The notes beneath the pieces were generated by a model. The model did not search any database, was not told where the DNA came from, and worked only from the letters and a program-made list of their open reading frames with translations. DNA of 64,000 bases from an uncultured Verrucomicrobiota bacterium (GTDB taxonomy: Bacteria > Verrucomicrobiota > Verrucomicrobiia > Limisphaerales > UBA8199), in assembly GCA_964625855.1 (NCBI GenBank), contig CAZVFC010000001.1:201756-265755 (forward strand). Direction: 5' to 3'. The position numbers and the translations under genes were made by a program. This document shows, in pieces, positions 56,575 to 64,000 of this stretch (the stretch's first letter is position 1; each line of letters starts with the position of its first letter).

Positions 56575-58509
56575 TTACCCGGTCTTCTTCCCAAACTGCG
56601 GATCAATCTTCCGGTTCACCAGGAAGGCCAGAGTGAGGCCCGGCACCGCGGAGCAGATGACCCAGACAAAGAAGTGTTTGTAACCCACCAGGTCGGCCAC
56701 CCAGCCGCTCCAGAAGCCCGGGATCATCATCCCCAACGCCATGAAGCCGGTGCAGATAGCATAGTGCGCCGTCTTGTGCGGACCGTCGGCGAACAGGAGC
56801 ATATAGAGCATGAAGGCGGTAAAGCCGAAACCGTAACCGAATTGCTCCAGAGCCACGGCGACGCAGGTGACGAGGAAGTTGGATGGCTGGGTCCAGGACA
56901 GATAAACGAAGGCAAGCTTGGGCAGGTACATCGAGGCAACCATGATGGGAAGCATCCGTTTGAGGCCGTACTTGGCCGCGCTGAATCCGCCCAGCAGACC
57001 GCCAAAGGTCAAGGCCAGGATACCGAAGGTCCCATAGACCAGGCCGACCTGGCTGGTTGTCAGGCCCAAACCTCCCAGTTCACGGCTGTCGAGCAGGAAC
57101 GGCGAAATGACCTTGACCAACTGGGCCTCGTCAAAGCGATAAAGGAGGATGAACGCCATGGCCAGCAGCACGCCGGGCTTCTGGAAGAACGAACCGAGCG
57201 TGGCAAAGAACTCCTGAAACATGTTGTGCTGAGTGAGCACCGGACCGTCATTGGCCGGGCGCGGCAGCATGACGCTGTGCCAGCAACTGAAAGCCAGGAA
57301 TAGCGCGGCCACGAAGAACAAGGTGATTGACCAGGCGAGGGGGATATTGCCGCAACTGGTGACAAACGTGACGGCGGTATCGGTCTTGAGCTTGGGATCA
57401 AGTTGGATGACCGCCATGGCGGGCTGGTTCCAATTGTCCGCGTTGAAGACGAACCGCTCGCCTTCCTTAAGGCCGAACCCCTTGTCGCTCTTGCCCACAC
57501 CGATGTATTCAAGGCCGTGCGGTTTGCGGCCAAAATTGACGGCGACTTCGCGGCCGGCGGGCGGCGGCTTGGACAGGGAAAGGTAGATCACACCGACATT
57601 CCCGGCGGCTGCTATCGGCGCGGCAGTGCGACTCAACTGCTTGGGAAAGTGGTTGGTCAGGAAGCTGCCAAAGGGACCGGAGACATTCAGGGCCCACCAG
57701 GAGGGCGCGTTGGGCTCGGTCTTGGCAGGGACGGGGCTGTCCTCGGCGATGAAGCCGTGCTGCTGGTTCCAGGCCTTGGCCTGGCCGATGACCGCTTTGG
57801 CGTCCTCCGCGCTTCGCTCCGTCAGGGCGATATCGAGTGGGTTGGGTTGAGCGACGATGCGCAGTTCTCCTTCCGCCGCGGTCAACTTGACCGCCGCGGG
57901 GTCCCAAGCGGCGACGACCGGGGCCTTGGTGCTCGCCTGGACGGGAATCTCGACCGGCGGCAGCCCGTTCTTGCTCTCCAACACGCCCGCCAGCACAACC
58001 AGCAGGCCGCTGCCAACGATCATCGCCGTGCGGTAGAACGTGCTGCGCAGCCCCACCCACCAGGCCTGCTCATGTTTGGTCAGGCTCAGCATGTAGAACC
58101 CATCCGCCGCGATGTCGTGTGTCGCCGAGGCGAAGGCCATGATCCAGAAGAGAAACAGCGACCACTGAAAGAAAGCCGAGCCCTGGACCGAGAACGCTAC
58201 CAACGCGAGCCCGAACGAAACGAGAAACTGCATCGAAACCACCCAGAATCGCTTGGTGCGGGTAATATCCACCAGCGGACTCCAGAGCGGCTTGATGACC
58301 CACGGCAGATAAAGCCAGCTTGTATAGAGGGCGATATCCGTGTTGGAGATTCCCAGCCGCTTATACATGACCACAGACATGGTCATGACAATCACGTAGG
58401 GAATGCCCTGTGAGAAATAAAGGCTCGGCACCCACCACCAGGGGTTGCGAGTGGTGTGCTTGCTTTCCGGTGGTTTGGCTTCGGCTGCGGCAGTGGTGGA
58501 GGGCGTCAT
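56575..58509 (-). CDS. MFS transporter, AmpG/PAT-family-like, with a ~210-aa central insertion
   Basis: NPWWWVPSLYFSQGIPYVIV...LYLPWVIKPLWSPLVD is an AmpG-like N-terminus. There are twelve or so TM segments, and aa ~178-388 are hydrophilic. Confidence 0.82.
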   Translation of the reverse strand: MTPSTTAAAEAKPPESKHTTRNPWWWVPSLYFSQGIPYVIVMTMSVVMYKRLGISNTDIALYTSWLYLPWVIKPLWSPLVDITRTKRFWVVSMQFLVSFGLALVAFSVQGSAFFQWSLFLFWIMAFASATHDIAADGFYMLSLTKHEQAWWVGLRSTFYRTAMIVGSGLLVVLAGVLESKNGLPPVEIPVQASTKAPVVAAWDPAAVKLTAAEGELRIVAQPNPLDIALTERSAEDAKAVIGQAKAWNQQHGFIAEDSPVPAKTEPNAPSWWALNVSGPFGSFLTNHFPKQLSRTAAPIAAAGNVGVIYLSLSKPPPAGREVAVNFGRKPHGLEYIGVGKSDKGFGLKEGERFVFNADNWNQPAMAVIQLDPKLKTDTAVTFVTSCGNIPLAWSITLFFVAALFLAFSCWHSVMLPRPANDGPVLTQHNMFQEFFATLGSFFQKPGVLLAMAFILLYRFDEAQLVKVISPFLLDSRELGGLGLTTSQVGLVYGTFGILALTFGGLLGGFSAAKYGLKRMLPIMVASMYLPKLAFVYLSWTQPSNFLVTCVAVALEQFGYGFGFTAFMLYMLLFADGPHKTAHYAICTGFMALGMMIPGFWSGWVADLVGYKHFFVWVICSAVPGLTLAFLVNRKIDPQFGKKTG

Positions 58510-58768
58510 GTCGTTACGCGCCCTCTTTTATCATCAAACATCCAGCGCCGGCAAGCCGAGAATCCGCTGGAAACTTTGGCGGGCTTCGGCTCTAAGGGGG
58601 CCAGCGGCAACAGGCCCAATTGGCCTACCGGCCCTTAACAGAAACAACTCCAACAACGAAAGGAAACGCAGCTATGGAAATGACGCAGCCTGATCACCCC
58701 GTCCTGGCCGGCCTTGGTATTATGACCGTGGCGTTGATCGTGATGGCGCTTATGTTTGTGCCGACGAG

Positions 58769-61654
58769 CTAGCCGCGCGCGCTTTCCTGAACCGCCCTCA
58801 CGCACCTCCCGCAGATGGTCGGATGCTCGGCGACTGATCCGATATCGGTCTCCCAATGCCAGCAGCGTTCACACTTTTCGCCGGCGGCTTTGCTGACGGA
58901 AATTGTGAGGGCCGCCTCACCCGCCGGCCGGAACTCGAGCTGGGAAACGTTGAGCAGCTCGCGCAGCGATTCCTGATGCGCCTGAGCGGCTGCCACCGCC
59001 GGACTTGAGCCGACAAAGGTCAGTTTCGCCTCGAGGGCCTTGCCGATCGCTTTGGCCTGCCGGGCCTTCTCCAGTTCCGGCAAAGCCAGCTCGCGCAGCT
59101 CGAATAGCGCCTTCCAATCCGCCCGCTCAACCTCGGGCCGGACAAAGTCCAGGTGTTGCCAGGTCAGTTGATGCACGGAAGCAACCGTCTTGCCCGGCAC
59201 ATACTCCCACGCCTCATCCGCCGTAAACGCCAGCACCGGCGCGAGCATCCTGCAAAGGCCGGCGACCATCCGGTGCAACACGGTCTGCGTCGAGCGGCGC
59301 CGGGGAGAGTTCGCCGCATCGGTGTAGAGGCGGTCCTTGACCACGTCGTGATAGACGGCGGAGAGTTCGACTGCCACAAACTGGCTCACCTTCTGGTACA
59401 CGACGTGAAACTCGTATCGGTCATAAGCGGCTATGACTTCCTGCTCCAATTGAGCAAACGCACCCAGGACCCAGCGGTCCAGGCCGGTTAGCTTGTCATC
59501 GGGCACGGCATGTTTGGCCGGGTCGAAGTCGTAGAGGTTGGAAAGCTGGTAGCGCAGGGCATTGCGGAGACCGCGATATGTCTCGGCCACGGTCTTGATT
59601 CGCTCCTCGCTGACGATGATGTCATTGCGGAAGTCCTGAGATGCCACCCAAAGGCGGACAACGTCGGCGCCCCACTTCTTGACGTACGCCTCCGCAGTCT
59701 GTGGCTTCTCGTAAGCGCCCTGTGTCTGCTTGCTCTTGGAAATCTTCTCGCGGTCGGCATCCACCATGAAACCGTGGGTCAGCACGGTCTTGAAGGGCGC
59801 GGCGCCGTTGCCCGCCAGCGAGAGGAGCAGCGAGGACTGGAACCACCCGCGATGCTGGTCGCTGCCCTCCAGGTACATGTCGCACTGGAAGCGTTTGTTG
59901 CTGCCGCGGATTTCCGCGCGCCGCGCAATCACCGCGCGCGAGGAAGAGCCGGAATCAATCCACACGTCCAGCGTGTCGTTCGACTTGGCGGCGGGCGTCG
60001 GCCCTTTCCAATCCGCCGGCCTGAGAGCGGCCCAGAGCTCGGCGGCAGACCTCTCGAACCAGCTATTCGATCCGTGCTGCTCAAAGAGGGCTGCGGCGTT
60101 CCGGACGATCTGGGCGTCGAGTATGGCATTGCCCTCCGCGTCGTAGAACGCCGGGATCGGCACGCCCCAGGTGCGCTGGCGTGAGATGCACCAGTCGGGC
60201 CGGCCCTTGACCGCGGCCTCGATCCGGCTCTTGCCCCAGTCAGGCACCCAGTTCACGCGGTTGATCTCTTCCAGCGCTCGCTCGCGGAATGAACGTAGGA
60301 CAGGCGTCTCGCCTGTCCCTGTCTGGTCTGTTGCAGCCGAGGACAGGCGAGACGCCTGTCCTACCTCATGGTCAACCTCGATGAACCACTGATCCATGGC
60401 GCGGAAGATGATCGGCGTCTTGCTGCGCCAGCAGTGCGGATAGCTATGGTGATAGTTTTCCTGGTGCAGTAGCGCCTTGCGCACACGCAACTCGTGCAGC
60501 ACCGCCTCGTTCGCCTCGCTCTTGCCGTGCTTCTCCAGGATGGCCTTGCCAATCATCTCGGCGGGCATCTGTTGTTCCTGCGGCAGATCGCTCGTGTAGG
60601 CGAACTTCCCGTCATCGTCCACCGGCGAGTAGATGGGCAGGCCGTGCTCCGTGCCGAGGTGGTAGTCATCCAAGCCGTGCCCCGGGGCAATATGAACGAA
60701 GCCCGTGCCGGTGGCATTGTCCACAAAGCTGTCCCCGGCAAAGAACTTTCCCCTGCGGTTGCAGAACGGATGCTGGTATTCGAACTGGCTCAGGTGCCCG
60801 CCGTCGAGGCTGCGGACAATCTGATAGCCCTGCCAGCCGCACTTCTCGGCCACCGTCGGCAGCAGGAGGGCGGACACGATGTATTGCTCCTGACCCACCA
60901 GCACCAGCGAGTAGCTAAAGGTGGAGTTGTAGGCCACCGCGAGGTTTGCCGGCAGAGTCCAGGGCGTCGTGGTCCAGATCACCACCGACGTGCCCGGGTG
61001 CCCGACCAGCGGGAACTTCACATACGCGCTCTGGCTCACGTGATCCTTGTATTCCACTTCCGCCTCCGCCAGCGCGGTTCGGCAGGGTATGCTCCAATAC
61101 ACCGGTTTCTTGCCGCGATACACGAAGCCCCGCTCCACGATGTCCGCGAAGAGTCGCAGTTCCTCGGCCTCGTATTCCCGGGCCAGCGTCAGGTAAGGAT
61201 TGTCCCAGTCCCCGAGCACTCCGAGCCGCTTGAACTGGACGCGCTGGATGTCAATGTACTTGCGCGCGTAGGTTTCGCACGCCTTGCGAATAGTGGCCGC
61301 GTCGGTGGCGGTGTCGCCCGCTTTGCGCATGTCCTGGCTGACCTTGAACTCGATGGGCAGCCCGTGGCAATCCCAGCCCGGCACATACGGCGCACTAAAA
61401 CCGCGCAGAGTTTTGTACTTGATGATGATATCCTTGAGAATCTTGTTCAGGGCGGTGCCGATGTGCACATCGCCGTTAGCGAAAGGCGGCCCGTCGTGCA
61501 GGACAAACCTCTCCGCGCCGGCGCGCTGAGCCTGGATAGCGGCATAAAGCCCCGCGGCTTCCCACTGTTTGAGCCGCGCCGGCTCCCGCGTCACCAGGTC
61601 TGCCTTCATCGGAAAATCGGTCTGCGGCAGGTTCAATGTGCTCTTGTAGTCCAT
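58769..61654 (-). CDS. ileS: Isoleucyl-tRNA synthetase
   Basis: 961 aa with the HIGH motif (PFANGDVHIGTAL), the KMSKS motif (KISKSK), WCISRQRTWGVPIP, and a C-terminal Zn finger (CERCWHW...CGRC). Confidence 0.97.
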   Translation of the reverse strand: MDYKSTLNLPQTDFPMKADLVTREPARLKQWEAAGLYAAIQAQRAGAERFVLHDGPPFANGDVHIGTALNKILKDIIIKYKTLRGFSAPYVPGWDCHGLPIEFKVSQDMRKAGDTATDAATIRKACETYARKYIDIQRVQFKRLGVLGDWDNPYLTLAREYEAEELRLFADIVERGFVYRGKKPVYWSIPCRTALAEAEVEYKDHVSQSAYVKFPLVGHPGTSVVIWTTTPWTLPANLAVAYNSTFSYSLVLVGQEQYIVSALLLPTVAEKCGWQGYQIVRSLDGGHLSQFEYQHPFCNRRGKFFAGDSFVDNATGTGFVHIAPGHGLDDYHLGTEHGLPIYSPVDDDGKFAYTSDLPQEQQMPAEMIGKAILEKHGKSEANEAVLHELRVRKALLHQENYHHSYPHCWRSKTPIIFRAMDQWFIEVDHEVGQASRLSSAATDQTGTGETPVLRSFRERALEEINRVNWVPDWGKSRIEAAVKGRPDWCISRQRTWGVPIPAFYDAEGNAILDAQIVRNAAALFEQHGSNSWFERSAAELWAALRPADWKGPTPAAKSNDTLDVWIDSGSSSRAVIARRAEIRGSNKRFQCDMYLEGSDQHRGWFQSSLLLSLAGNGAAPFKTVLTHGFMVDADREKISKSKQTQGAYEKPQTAEAYVKKWGADVVRLWVASQDFRNDIIVSEERIKTVAETYRGLRNALRYQLSNLYDFDPAKHAVPDDKLTGLDRWVLGAFAQLEQEVIAAYDRYEFHVVYQKVSQFVAVELSAVYHDVVKDRLYTDAANSPRRRSTQTVLHRMVAGLCRMLAPVLAFTADEAWEYVPGKTVASVHQLTWQHLDFVRPEVERADWKALFELRELALPELEKARQAKAIGKALEAKLTFVGSSPAVAAAQAHQESLRELLNVSQLEFRPAGEAALTISVSKAAGEKCERCWHWETDIGSVAEHPTICGRCVRAVQESARG
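60295..60364. repeat. 70-bp nested palindromic element (GTAGG...CCTAC family) inside the ileS coding sequence
   Basis: Arms at 60295-60318 (GTAGGACAGGCGTCTCGCCTGTCC) and 60341-60364 are perfect reverse complements, with a 22-nt spacer. It is translated as VGQASRLSSAATDQTGTGETPVLR within IleS. Confidence 0.9.
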
Positions 61655-61783
61655 GGAGTGCCTTAAAGAAGCCGGACACTAGCAGCGGCATCGGCCAGTG
61701 TCAATGCAAGGACTCTCGCAAGGACCGCCTTGAGAGCGGGTTCCCCCAAGGTTCCGCCCCAGATGTATGGCTGCGGAAGGTTT

Positions 61784-63007
61784 CTAAATTCCCCGGTTCG
61801 TCCGCCAGAGCAATACCGTGCCGACGGCCTGGAACACAAAATTGGGCAGCCAAACAATCAGATGCGGCGCCCACTCGGGGCGGTTGTCCAGGGACTGGCC
61901 GAGCAACACGAAGCTGTAATAGACCGCCACCAGCACCAACGCCACCGCAATGCCGATGTTGGTCTCGCGCCGGTGCATGCGCACTCCCAGCGGAATACCC
62001 ACCAGCGTGAAGCCCAGACACGCGAACGAAAACGCCGCCTGCCGATGCATCTGAACCCGAATCGGTTCGGTCATCTCGTCCATCCGCCACTTCAATTGGA
62101 ACCGCCGCACAAAGATCTGGTCCTTGGTCATGTTGACGGTCGGCTCCGGCACGCTCAGCCGCCGCTCCATGTCATGCAGCTCGTCCCACAGTTGACCGAA
62201 CGTCATGTCGCTGAGCGAGGCTGAATGCTGGTTCTGCTCGGGAGGTTTCAAATCCACCTGCAGCGACAATTCGGCCTGCGCGCCCGGCGTCGGCCGGCCC
62301 TCGTTAAAGCTCAGCGTCTTAACGTCGTACAGGTTGAGCGTGACCGTCCGGTTCTGGGCATCAATTTCCACTTTGCCGCGCGGCGCCTTCATCGTCATCA
62401 CCACATTCGTTTCGTCCTCCAGCTTGAACACCATCACCTTGCGCAGCTCGCCCCCGCGGTTCTCGCCGCAATAGAAGATGTAACCCGGCACCTCCTTGAT
62501 GAATTGGTTCGCCGGCAATTGGGCGCGCGCAAGCTCGGTCTTGAACCGGAACAGCAACCTCGTGTAGGCCACCCGGCACCGCGGTCCAATCTCCATGTTG
62601 ACCAGCGCACTCAGGCCACACAAGGCGATGCTGAGCAGCAGAATCGGGCTGATCGCCGACAGCAGACTGATGCCGCTGGCCCGCATGGCCGTCAATTCCT
62701 GGTCCGCGCTGAACCGGCCGAAGATGAGCAGCGTGGCCGTCAACATCCCCATCGGCAGTGCAAACACCCATACGAACGGGACCAACAGCCCGATCGCTTC
62801 CGCCACCAGGCCGAATGACACCTGCCGATTCACCAGCAACGGAATAACCTCCTTCAGCGCGTTGCCGAGCAGCAGCACAAAGGTGAAGACCATCACCGTT
62901 AACAACAGCGAGGCCAGAACCTGGCGGATCAAATATGCGTGCAACGTTCTCAACAGGGCGACATCGTCAGCGGCTCGCACCCATTGTGCAACCAGAAAGG
63001 AGGCCAT
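61784..63007 (-). CDS. LptF/LptG-family (YjgP/YjgQ) permease
   Basis: LHAYLIRQVLASLLLTVMVFTFVLLLGNALKEV...FGRFSADQELTAMRASGISL is typical of the family N-terminus, with a central periplasmic domain and C-terminal TMs. The exact start is uncertain. Confidence 0.82.
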   Translation of the reverse strand: MASFLVAQWVRAADDVALLRTLHAYLIRQVLASLLLTVMVFTFVLLLGNALKEVIPLLVNRQVSFGLVAEAIGLLVPFVWVFALPMGMLTATLLIFGRFSADQELTAMRASGISLLSAISPILLLSIALCGLSALVNMEIGPRCRVAYTRLLFRFKTELARAQLPANQFIKEVPGYIFYCGENRGGELRKVMVFKLEDETNVVMTMKAPRGKVEIDAQNRTVTLNLYDVKTLSFNEGRPTPGAQAELSLQVDLKPPEQNQHSASLSDMTFGQLWDELHDMERRLSVPEPTVNMTKDQIFVRRFQLKWRMDEMTEPIRVQMHRQAAFSFACLGFTLVGIPLGVRMHRRETNIGIAVALVLVAVYYSFVLLGQSLDNRPEWAPHLIVWLPNFVFQAVGTVLLWRTNRGI

Positions 63008-63126
63008 CGGCCGCGTGGCGGCGGGGCCCTAGAATCGGTTCCTTGCGCCGCAAACCTGAAGCCCGCAAGCTCGATTCCGAATCGGCTTCCGCGCCGCTGC
63101 TCCGGCTCGCCACCAACCCAGCCCTG

Positions 63127-63177
63127 TTCGGGCTTCGGTTTTCGGGCTTCTCTCGGCTTTCGGCTTCCGGTTTTCAG
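63127..63177. repeat. Imperfect TTCGG-containing short tandem repeats
   Basis: TTCGGGCTTCGGTTTTCGGGCTTCTCTCGGCTTTCGGCTTCCGGTTTTC, similar in motif and strand to 35531-35590. Confidence 0.6.
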
Positions 63178-63228
63178 ATCCTGGCGGGCCAGCTTTGGAG
63201 TTTCGGGAGCAAAGGCGGCTCCGCGTAG

Positions 63229-63972
63229 TCAATGGTGCGCCAACAGGCTGGCATGGTCCTTGAGCCACTGTTCCGCCTCGTGGAAATTGGGACACAGGCG
63301 TGCCACTTCGTTCCAGAACCGCCGCGAGTGGTTCATTTCTTTGAGGTGTGCCAGCTCGTGCAGCACCAGGTAATCGCGGACAGCGGGAGGAGTCTGCACC
63401 AGACGCCAGTTCAGGGAGATCGTGCCGCGACGCGAGCAGGAGCCCCAACGCGAGCGCTGGTTCCGCACCAGGACGCGCTGCACCGAAAGCTCGTGCCGGG
63501 CTGCGAGTTCAAGGACGCGCGCCGACAACTCCCGCTCTGCCAGGCGCCGGAGATGCCGCTCGACGGCGGGGCGCAGGTCCGCGGCTGTATCGGGCACGCG
63601 CACCGCTTCCCCGCCAAAGCGCACCATGCCGTCCTGAGCTTCAGCGCCTGCCTCCAATCGCACACGGTCCCCGCGGAAGAGAATCTCCGTGCCGATCGCC
63701 CAGGTAAGTGGCCGTCGCGGTTGGGCGGCCTGCTGCAAAAGCTGCTGCTCCAGCCAGGCGGCGTTTCTTGCCGCGAAGCGTCTTGCCTCGTCCGCCGACC
63801 CGCCGCGAGGAATGGTCACGCGGGCGGCGCCATCGGGTCGCAGGCGGAGGACGTAGCGCCGCGCCCGGCGGTTGCGGACCAGCCATAACCGCACCGGCAG
63901 GGTGCCGACACGCAACCACGATTCGTCCGGTGGAATGGGGCGCCCCGGGCCTAAGGGCAGTTCAAATTGCAC
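63229..63972 (-). CDS. YgjP-like (DUF45/M48-like) metal-dependent hydrolase
   Basis: 247 aa with the C-terminal zinc motif YLVLHELAHLKEMNHSRRFW (HExxH...H) and N-terminal RRARRYVLRLRPDGAARVTIP, typical of the family. Confidence 0.85.
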   Translation of the reverse strand: MQFELPLGPGRPIPPDESWLRVGTLPVRLWLVRNRRARRYVLRLRPDGAARVTIPRGGSADEARRFAARNAAWLEQQLLQQAAQPRRPLTWAIGTEILFRGDRVRLEAGAEAQDGMVRFGGEAVRVPDTAADLRPAVERHLRRLAERELSARVLELAARHELSVQRVLVRNQRSRWGSCSRRGTISLNWRLVQTPPAVRDYLVLHELAHLKEMNHSRRFWNEVARLCPNFHEAEQWLKDHASLLAHH

Positions 63973-64000
63973 CCCTGAGTTATACCGGGTTCAGAGGCAA

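Overview
This is a visibly GC-rich bacterial chromosomal segment. All calls rest on reading the sequence and the ORF track by eye; no searches were run. The gene content suggests a Verrucomicrobiota/PVC-type organism, but that is inference only. It includes a prepilin-type DUF1559-like protein, a giant Ig/LamG/HYR surface protease, many secreted glycoside hydrolases and dense short palindromic repeats.

About 40 CDSs are credible:
- Housekeeping genes: nadE, ileS, rpsU, deoC, an LptF/G-type permease and a YgjP-like peptidase.
- An envelope-glycan-like set at 3.8-10.7 kb.
- A 2397-aa M36-protease/Ig/LamG/HYR protein.
- An eight-gene co-directional membrane cluster at 24.0-35.4 kb: two ABC-2-type permeases with soluble inserts, three SPFH paralogues, a P1B ATPase, an ABC ATPase and one unknown.
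- A propeller-type sensor kinase and NarL-type regulator next to a secreted unknown protein and a GH10 xylanase.
- A mannan-type catabolic set: GH5, GH5-like, AGE/cellobiose-2-epimerase-like and GH130.

I found no rRNA, tRNA or CRISPR. Many long ORFs in the track are antisense shadow ORFs of this GC-rich DNA and were rejected.

The most unusual region is 43.0-45.3 kb, between GH10 and deoC. It is a REP/RAYT-like locus in which a 620-bp unit carrying an IS200-type Y1 transposase gene occurs as three perfectly identical head-to-tail copies. The block is bracketed by a perfect 40-bp inverted repeat and by REP-like hairpin arrays in opposite orientations.

The second notable item is a family of nested GTAGG...CCTAC palindromes. 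It occurs in intergenic spots and once in frame inside the essential ileS gene, where it appears to add about 24 residues.
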